NCBI GenBank assembly: GCA_964016885.1
Contig: OZ024750.1
Coordinates: forward strand, 41,664,001 to 41,728,000
Origin: Eledone cirrhosa
Taxonomy: Eukaryota
DNA length: 64,000 nt
Direction: 5' to 3'
Shown here piece by piece: positions 55,101 to 64,000 of the stretch (the first letter of the stretch is position 1; the number at the start of each line of letters is the position of its first letter). Below the pieces are notes generated by a model, which was not told the origin of the DNA, made no database searches, and saw nothing but the letters and a program-made list of their open reading frames with translations. Made by a program: the position numbers and the translations under genes.

Positions 55101-56984
55101 GGTATATCTCCACTGTGGTAGGGAGTGACAGACTCTACACCCCAGTCTAGGTGGTATATCTCAGCTGTGGTAGGGAGTGACAGACTCTACACCCCAGTCC
55201 AGGTGGTATATCTCAGCTGTGGTAAAGAGTGACAGACTCTGCACCCCAGTCTAGGTGGTATATCTCAGCTGTGGTGGGGAGTGACAGACTCTACACCCCA
55301 GTCTAGGTGGTATATCTCAGCTGTGGCAGGGAGTGACAGACTCTACACCCCAGTCTAGGTGGTATATCTCAGCTGTGATAGGCAGTGACAGACTCTACAC
55401 CCCAGTCTAGGTGGTATATCTCAGCTGGGAGTGACAGACTCTACACCCCAGTCTAGGTGGTATATCTCAGCTGTGGTAGGGTGTAACAGACTCTACACCC
55501 CAGTGTAGGTGGTATATCTCAGCTGTGGTAGGGAGTGGCAGACTCTACACGCCAGTCTAGGTGGTATATCTCAGCTGTGGTAGGGAGTCACAGACTCTAC
55601 ACCCCAGTCTAGAGGGTATATCTCAGCTGTGGTAGGGAGTGACAGACTCTACACCCCAGTCTAGGTGGTATATCTCAGTTGTGGTAGGGAGTGACAGATT
55701 CTACACCACAGTCTAGAGGGTATATCTCAGCTGTGGTAGGGAGTGGCAGACTCTACACCCCAGTCTAGGTGGTATATCTCAGCTGTGGTAGGGAGTGACA
55801 GACTCTACACCCCGGTCTAGGTGGTATATCTCAGCTGTGGTAGGGAGTGACAGACTCCACACCCCAGTCTAGGTGGTATATCTCAGCTGGGAGTGAAAGA
55901 CTCTCCACCCTAGTCTAGAGGGTATATCTCAGCTGTGGTAAGGAGTGACAGATTCTACACCCCAGTCTAGGTGGTATATCTCAGCTGTGGTAGGGAGTGT
56001 CAGACTCTACACCCCAGTCTAGGTGGTATATCTCAGCTGTGGTAGGGAGTGACAGACGCTACACCCCAGTCTAGGTGGTATACCTCAGCTGTGGTAGAGA
56101 GTGACAGACTCCACACCCCAGTCTAGGTGGTATATCTCAGCTGTGGTAGGGAGTGACAGACTCTACACCCCAGTCTAGGTGGTATATCTCAGCTGTGGCA
56201 GGGAGTGACAGACTCTACACCCCAGTCTAGGTGGTATATCTCAGCTGTGGTAGGAAGTGACAGACTCTACACCCCGGTCTAGGTGGTATATCTCAGCTGT
56301 GGTAGGGAGTGACAGACTTTACACCCCAGTCTTGGTGGTATATCTCAGCTGTGGTGGGGAGTGACAGACTCTACACCCCACTCTAGGTGGTATATCTCAG
56401 CTGTGGTAGTGAGAGGTAGACTCTACACCCCAGTCTAGGTGGTATATCTCAGCTGTGGTGGGGACTGACAGACTCTACACCCCAGTCTAACTGGTATATC
56501 TCAGCTGTGGTAGGGAGTGACAGACTCTACACCCTAGTCTAGGTGGTATATCTCAGCTGTGGTGTGGAGTGACAGACTCTACACCCCAGTCTAGGTGGTA
56601 TATCTCAGCTGTGGCAGGGAGTGACAGACTCCACCCCCCAGTCTAGGTGGTATATCTCAGCTGTGGTGGGGAGTGACAGACTCTACACCCCACTCTAGGT
56701 GGTATATCTCAGCTGTGGCAGGGAGTGACAGACATAAACCCCAGTCTTGGTGGTATATCTCAGCTGTGGCAGGGACTGACAGACTCTACACCCCAGTCTA
56801 GCTGGTATATCTCAGCTGTGGTGGGGAGTGACAGACTGTACACCCCAATCTAGGTGGTATATCTCAGCTGTGGTAGGGAGAGTTAGACTCTACACCCCAG
56901 TCTAGGTGGTATATCTCAGCTGTGGTGGAGACTGACAGACTCTACACCCCAGTCTAGCTGGTATATCTCAGCTGTGGTAGGGAG

Positions 56985-57915
56985 TGACGGACTCTACACC
57001 CTAGTCTAGGTGGTATATCTTAATTGTGGTAGGGAGTGACAGACTCTACACCCCACTCTAGGTGGTATATCTCAGCTGTGGCAGGGAGTGACAGACATAA
57101 ACCCCAGTCTTGGTGGTATATCTCAGCTGTGGCAGGGACTGACAGACTCTACACCCCAGTCTAGCTGGTATATCTCAGCTGTGGTGGGGAGTGACAGACT
57201 CTACACCCCAGTCTAGCTGGTATATCTCAGCTGTGGTAGGGAGAGTTAGACTCTACACCCCAGTCTAGGTGGTATATCTCAGCTGTGGTGGGGACTGACA
57301 GACTCTACACCCCAGTCTAGCTGGTATATCTAAGCTGTGGTAGGGAGTGACGGACTCTACACCCTAGTCTAGGTGGTATATCTCAGCTGGTGGTAGGGAG
57401 TGACAGACTCTACACCCCAGTCTAGCTGGTATATCTCAGCTGTGGTAGGGAGTGACAGACTCTACACCCTAGTCTAGGTGATATATCTAAGCTGTGGTAG
57501 GGAGTGACAGACTCTACACCCCAGTCTAGGTGGTATATCTCAGCTGTGGTGGGGAGTGACGGACTCTACACCCTAGTCTAGGTGGTATATCTTAATTGTG
57601 GTAGGGAGTGACAGACTCTACACCCCACTCTAGGTGGTATATCTCAGCTGTGGCAGGGAGTGACAGACATAAACCCCAGTCTTGGTGGTATATCTCAGCT
57701 GTGGCAGGGACTGACAGACTCTACACCCCAGTCTAGCTGGTATATCTCAGCTGTGGTGGGGAGTGACAGACTCTACACCCCAGTCTAGCTGGTATATCTC
57801 AGCTGTGGTAGGGAGAGTTAGACTCTACACCCCAGTCTAGGTGGTATATCTCAGCTGTGGTGGGGACTGACAGACTCTACACCCCAGTCTAGCTGGTATA
57901 TCTAAGCTGTGGTGG
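56985..57915. repeat. 572-bp-offset (11-monomer) local duplication
   Basis: TAATTGTGG 57021/57593, GACATAAA 57094/57666 and TCTAAGCTG about 57329/57901. Confidence 0.85.
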
Positions 57916-58862
57916 GGAGTGACAGACTCTACACCCCACTCTAGGTGGTATATCTCAGCTGTGATAGGGAGTGACAGACTCTACACCCCAGTCTAGGTGG
58001 TATATCTCAGCTGTGGTGGGGAGTGACAGACTCTACACCCCAGTCTAGGTGGTATATCTCAGCTGTCGTAGGGAGAGGTAGACTCTACACCCCAGTCTAG
58101 GTGGTATATCTCAGCTGTGGTTGGGAGTCACAGACTCTAAACCCCAGTCTAGCTGGTATATCTCAGCTGTGGTAGGGAGTGACAGACTCTACACCCCAGT
58201 CTAGGTGGTATATCTCAGTTGTGGTAGGGAGTGACAGATTCTACACCACTGTCTAGAGGGTATATCTCAGCTGTGGTAGGGATTGGCAGACTCTACACCC
58301 CAGTCTAGGTGGTATATCTCAGCTGTGGTAGGGAGTGACAGACTCCACACCCCAGTCTAGGTGGTATATCTCAGCTGGGAGTGACAGACTCTACACCCCA
58401 GTCTAGGTGGTTTATCTCAGCTGTGGTAGGGAGTGGCAGACACTACACCCCAGTCTAGGTGGTATATCTCAGCTGGGAGTGAAAGACTCTCCACCCCAGT
58501 CTAGAGGGTATATCTCAGCTGTGGTAAGGAGTGACAGATTCCAAACCCCAGTCTAGGTGGTATATCTCAGCTGTGGTAGGGAGTGTCAGACTCTACACCC
58601 CAGTCTAGGTGGTATATCTCAGCTGTGATAGGGAGTGACAGACGCTACACCCCAGTCTAGGTGGTATACCTCAGCTGTGGTAGAGAGTGACAGACTCCAC
58701 ACCCCAGTCTAGGTGGTATATCTCAGCTGTGGTAGGGAGTGACAGACTCTACACCCCAGTCTAGGTGGTATATCTCAGCTGTGGCAGGGAGTGACAGACT
58801 CTACACCCCAGTCTAGGTGGTATATCTCAGCTGTGGTAGGAAGTGACAGACTCTACACCCCG

Positions 58863-61800
58863 GTCTAGGTGGTATATCTCAGCTGTGGTAGGGAGTGACA
58901 GACTTTACACCCCAGTCTTGGTGGTATATCTCAGCTGTGGTGGGGAGTGACAGATTCTACACCCCAGTCTAGGTGGTATATCTCAGCTGTGGTAGTGAGA
59001 GGTAGACTCTACACCCCAGTCTAGGTGGTATATCTCAGCTGTGGTGGGGACTGACAGACTCTACACCCCAGTCTAGCTGGTATATCTCAGCTGTGGTAGG
59101 GAGTGACAGACTCTACACCCTAGTCTAGGTGGTATATCTCAGCTGTGGTGTGGAGTGACAGACTCTACACCCCAGTCTAGGTGGTATATCTCAGCTGTGG
59201 CAGGGAGTGACAGACTCCACCCCCCAGTCTAGGTGGTATATCTCAGCTGTGGTAGGGAGTAACAGACTTTACACCCCAGTCTTGGTGGTATATCTCAGCT
59301 GTGGTGGGGAGTGACAGATTCTACACCCCAGTCTAGGTGGTATATCTCAGCTGTGGTAGTGAGAGGTAGACTCTACACCCCAGTCTAGGTGGTATATCTC
59401 AGCTGTGGCAGGGAGTGACAGACATAAACCCCAGTCTTGGTGGTATATCTCAGCTGTGGCAGGGACTGCCAGACTCTACACCCCAGTCTAGCTGGTATAT
59501 CTCAGCTGTGGTGGGGAGTGACAGACTCTACACCCCAGTCTAGGTGGTATATCTCAGCTGTGGTAGGGAGAGTTAGACTCTACACCCCAGTCTAGGTGGT
59601 ATATCTCAGCTGTGGTGGGGACTGACAGACTCTACACCCCAGTCTAGCTGGTATATCTCAGCTGTGGTAGGGAGTGACGGACTCTACACCCTAGTCTAGG
59701 TGGTATATCTTAGCTGTGGTAGGGAGTGACAGACTCTACACCCCAGTCTAGCTGGTATATCTCAGCTGTGGTAGGGAGTGACAGACTCTACACCCTAGTC
59801 TAGGTGGTATATCTCAGCTGTGGTAGGGAGTGACAGACTCTACACCCCAGTCTAGGTGGTATATCTCAGCTGTGGTGGGGAGTGACAGACTCTACACCCC
59901 AGTCTAGGTGGTATATCTCAGCTGTGGCAGGGAGTGACAGACTCTACACCCCAGTCTAGGTGGTATATCTCAGCTGTGATAGGGAGTGACAGACTGTACA
60001 CCCCAGTCTAGGTGGTATATCTCAGCTGGGAGTGACAGACTCTACACCCCAGTCTAGGTGGTATATCTCAGCTGTGGCAGGGAGTGACAGACTCTACACC
60101 CCAGTCTAGGTGGTATATCTCAGCTGTGGTAGGGAGTGGCAGACTCTACACCCCAGTCTGGGTGGTATATCTCAGCTGTGGTAGGGAGTGACAGACTCTA
60201 CACCCCAGTCTAGGTGGTATATCTGAGCTGTGGTAGGGAGTGACAGACTCCACAGCCCAGTCTAGGTAGTATATCTCAGCTGGGAGTGACAGACTCTACA
60301 CCCCAGTCTAGAGGGTATATCTCAGCTGTGGTAAGGAGTGACAGACTCTACACCCCAGTCTAGGTGGTATATCTCAGCTGTGGTAGGGAGTGACAGACTT
60401 TACACCCCAGTCTTGGTGGTATATCTCAGCTGTGGTGGGGAGTGACAGATTCTACACCCCAGTCTAGGTGGTATATCTCAGCTGTGGTAGTGAGAGGTAG
60501 ACTCTACACCCCAGTCTAGGTGGTATATCTCAGCTGTGGTGGGGACTGACAGACTCTACACCCCAGTCTAGCTGGTATATCTCAGCTGTGGTAGGGAGTG
60601 ACAGACTCTACACCCTAGTCTAGGTGGTATATCTCAGCTGTGGTGTGGAGTGACAGACTCTACACCCCAGTCTAGGTGGTATATCTCAGCTGTGGCAGGG
60701 AGTGACAGACTCCACCCCCCAGTCTAGGTGGTATATCTCAGCTGTGGTAGGGAGTAACAGACTTTACACCCCAGTCTTGGTGGTATATCTCAGCTGTGGT
60801 GGGGAGTGACAGATTCTACACCCCAGTCTAGGTGGTATATCTCAGCTGTGGTAGTGAGAGGTAGACTCTACACCCCAGTCTAGGTGGTATATCTCAGCTG
60901 TGGCAGGGAGTGACAGACATAAACCCCAGTCTTGGTGGTATATCTCAGCTGTGGCAGGGACTGCCAGACTCTACACCCCAGTCTAGCTGGTATATCTCAG
61001 CTGTGGTGGGGAGTGACAGACTCTACACCCCAGTCTAGGTGGTATATCTCAGCTGTGGTAGGGAGAGTTAGACTCTACACCCCAGTCTAGGTGGTATATC
61101 TCAGCTGTGGTGGGGACTGACAGACTCTACACCCCAGTCTAGCTGGTATATCTCAGCTGTGGTAGGGAGTGACGGACTCTACACCCTAGTCTAGGTGGTA
61201 TATCTTAGCTGTGGTAGGGAGTGACAGACTCTACACCCCAGTCTAGCTGGTATATCTCAGCTGTGGTAGGGAGTGACAGACTCTACACCCTAGTCTAGGT
61301 GGTATATCTCAGCTGTGGTAGGGAGTGACAGACTCTACACCCCAGTCTAGGTGGTATATCTCAGCTGTGGTGGGGAGTGACAGACTCTACACCCCAGTCT
61401 AGGTGGTATATCTCAGCTGTGGCAGGGAGTGACAGACTCTACACCCCAGTCTAGGTGGTATATCTCAGCTGTGATAGGGAGTGACAGACTGTACACCCCA
61501 GTCTAGGTGGTATATCTCAGCTGGGAGTGACAGACTCTACACCCCAGTCTAGGTGGTATATCTCAGCTGTGGCAGGGAGTGACAGACTCTACACCCCAGT
61601 CTAGGTGGTATATCTCAGCTGTGGTAGGGAGTGGCAGACTCTACACCCCAGTCTGGGTGGTATATCTCAGCTGTGGTAGGGAGTGACAGACTCTACACCC
61701 CAGTCTAGGTGGTATATCTCAGCTGTGGTAGGGAGTGACAGACTCCACAGCCCAGTCTAGGTAGTATATCTCAGCTGGGAGTGACAGACTCTACACCCCA

Positions 61801-61879
61801 GTCTAGAGGGTATATCTCAGCTGTGGTAAGGAGTGACAGACTCTACACCCCAGTCTAGGTGGTATATCTCAGCTGTGGT
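58863..61879. repeat. Near-exact 1,495-bp tandem duplication (29 monomers)
   Basis: Offset 1495 for GACTTTAC 58901/60396, AGACTGTAC 59991/61486 and CACAGCCC 60251/61746. One difference noticed (ATCTGAG near 60225). 1495 = 29x52 - 6 - 6 - 1. Confidence 0.92.
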
Positions 61880-64000
61880 GTGGAGTGACAGACTCTACAC
61901 CCCAGTCTAGGTGGTATATCTCAGCTGTGGCAGGGAGTGACAGACTCCACCCCCCAGTCTAGGTGGTATATCTCAGCTGTGGTGGGGAGTGACAGACTCT
62001 ACACCCCACTCTAGGTGGTATATCTCAGCTGTGGCAGGGAGTGACAGACATAAACCCCAGTCTTGGTGGTATATCTCAGCTGTGGCAGGGACTGCCAGAC
62101 TCTACACCCCAGTCTAGCTGGTATATCTCAGCTGTGGTGGGGAGTGACAGACTCTACACCCCAGTCTAGGTGGTATATCTCAGCTGTGGTAGGGAGAGTT
62201 AGACTCTACACCCCAGTCTAGGTGGTATATCTCAGCTGTGGTGGGGACTGACAGACTCTACACCCCAGTCTAGCTGGTATATCTCAGCTGTGGTAGGGAG
62301 TGACGTACTCTACACCCTAGTCTAGGTGGTATATCTTAGCTGTGGTAGGGTGTGACAGACTCTACACCCCAGTCTAGCTGGTATATCTCAGCTGTGGTAG
62401 GGAGTGACAGACTCTACACCCTAGTCTAGGTGGTATATCTCAGCTGTGGTAGGGAGTGACAGACTCTACACCCCAGTCTAGGTGGTATATCTCAGCTGTG
62501 GTGGGGAGTGACAGACTCTACACCCCACTCTAGGTGGTATATCTCCACTGTGGTAGGGAGTGACAGACTCTACACCCCAGTCTAGGTGGTATATCTCAGC
62601 TGTGGTAGGGAGTGACAGACTCTACACCCCAGTCCAGGTGGTATATCTCAGCTGTGGTAAAGAGTGACAGACTCTGCACCCCAGTCTAGGTGGTATATCT
62701 CAGCTGTGGTGGGGAGTGACAGACTCTACACCCCAGTCTAGGTGGTATATCTCAGCTGTGGCAGGGAGTGACAGACTCTACACCCCAGTCTAGGTGGTAT
62801 ATCTCAGCTGTGATAGGCAGTGACAGACTCTACACCCCAGTCTAGGTGGTATATCTCAGCTGGGAGTGACAGACTCTACACCCCAGTCTAGGTGGTATAT
62901 CTCAGCTGTGGTAGGGTGTAACAGACTCTACACGCCAGTCTAGGTGGTATATCTCAGCTGTGGTAGGGAGTCACAGACTCTACACCCCAGTCTAGAGGGT
63001 ATATCTCAGCTGTGGTAGGGAGTGACAGACTCTACACCCCAGTCTAGGTGGTATATCTCAGTTGTGGTAGGGAGTGACAGATTCTACACCACAGTCTAGA
63101 GGGTATATCTCAGCTGTGGTAGGGAGTGGCAGACTCTACACCCCAGTCTAGGTGGTATATCTCAGCTGTGGTAGGGAGTGACAGACTCTACACCCCGGTC
63201 TAGGTGGTATATCTCAGCTGTGGTAGGGAGTGACAGACTCCACACCCCAGTCTAGGTGGTATATCTCAGCTGGGAGTGAAAGACTCTCCACCCTAGTCTA
63301 GAGGGTATATCTCAGCTGTGGTAAGGAGTGACAGATTCTACACCCCAGTCTAGGTGGTATATCTCAGCTGTGGTAGGGAGTGTCAGACTCTACACCCCAG
63401 TCTAGGTGGTATATCTCAGCTGTGGTAGGGAGTGACAGACGCTACACCCCAGTCTAGGTGGTATACCTCAGCTGTGGTAGAGAGTGACAGACTCCACACC
63501 CCAGTCTAGGTGGTATATCTCAGCTGTGGTAGGGAGTGACAGACTCTACACCCCAGTCTAGGTGGTATATCTCAGCTGTGGCAGGGAGTGACAGACTCTA
63601 CACCCCAGTCTAGGTGGTATATCTCAGCTGTGGTAGGAAGTGACAGACTCTACACCCCGGTCTAGGTGGTATATCTCAGCTGTGGTAGGGAGTGACAGAC
63701 TTTACACCCCAGTCTTGGTGGTATATCTCAGCTGTGGTAGGGAGTGACAGACTCTACACCCCACTCTAGGTGGTATATCTCAGCTGTGGTACTGAGAGGT
63801 AGACTCTACACCCCAGTCTAGGTGGTATATCTCAGCTGTGGTGGGGACTGACAGACTCTACACCCCAGTCTAACTGGTATATCTCAGCTGTGGTAGGGAG
63901 TGACAGACTCTACACCCTAGTCTAGGTGGTATATCTCAGCTGTGGTGTGGAGTGACAGACTCTACACCCCAGTCTAGGTGGTATATCTCAGCTGTGGCAG

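Larger units (their letters stand above)
1..64000. repeat. 52-bp tandem satellite array (about 1,240 monomers, single orientation, extends beyond both window ends)
   Basis: Unit GTCTAGGTGGTATATCTCAGCTGTGGTAGGGAGTGACAGACTCTACACCCCA starts at 1, 53, 105, 157 and continues to 64000. Most monomers differ from consensus at only 0-4 positions. No non-repeat sequence was seen. Confidence 0.99.
52069..64000. repeat. About 5.9-kb-offset duplication (52069 to about 56617 repeated at 57905-64000) with later internal rearrangements
   Basis: GATTCCAAAC 52701/58537 (5836). Lines 53101-54361 match lines 59041-60301 in register (5940). GGTAAAGAG 55221/62656 (7435, after a 1,495-bp internal duplication). TAACTGG 56488/63871 (7383, after loss of one monomer). 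Confidence 0.9.

Noticed and set aside
1-64000. CRISPR array or other repeat-spacer system
   Set aside because: There are no unique spacers. The more variable part of each unit is only a point variant of one consensus, and no leader or cas gene is present.
1-64000. Variant-cassette reservoir for a diversity-generating or antigenic-variation system
   Set aside because: There is no expression locus, reverse transcriptase, recombinase or maintained reading frame. Variants are not adenine-specific and are explained by duplication history.
1-64000. tRNA, 5S, snRNA, spliced-leader or SINE tandem gene array
   Set aside because: The unit is too short. I recognised no A/B boxes, cloverleaf, Sm site or poly-T terminator.
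1-64000. Telomeric repeat (TAGGG resembles TTAGGG)
   Set aside because: There is only one TAGGG per 52 bp and no tandem telomeric hexamers.
1-64000. Canonical G-quadruplex array
   Set aside because: The consensus has only one run of three or more G per monomer on each strand, about 50 bp apart. At most weak two-tier GG structures are possible.
1-64000. Rolling-circle or concatemer sequencing artefact of a single 52-mer
   Set aside because: Variants are shared in ordered, hierarchical blocks over kilobases, which random read error cannot produce. Only the 5,645-bp exact copy is suspect.

Overview
The whole 64 kb window is one uninterrupted, head-to-tail tandem satellite array. It holds roughly 1,240 copies of a 52-bp monomer (consensus GTCTAGGTGGTATATCTCAGCTGTGGTAGGGAGTGACAGACTCTACACCCCA; 27/52 G+C, no CpG), all in the same orientation, and runs off both ends of the window. 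I see no genes, RNA genes, transposons, CRISPR spacers or unique sequence. The eight listed ORFs are by-products of the repeat. The informative structure lies in the variants: recurrent 46-, 45-, 51- and 53-bp monomers, ordered multi-monomer cassettes, and nested tandem duplications (0.57, 1.5, 1.8, 2.7, about 4-4.8, 5.6 and about 5.9 kb). One 5,645-bp duplication is apparently exact. Diagnostic variants turn over from left to right, and several recurrent variants perfect local hairpins. The array looks like eukaryotic heterochromatic satellite DNA, but I cannot assign organism, family or function from the sequence alone. All offsets were measured by eye from marker variants, not by full alignment.
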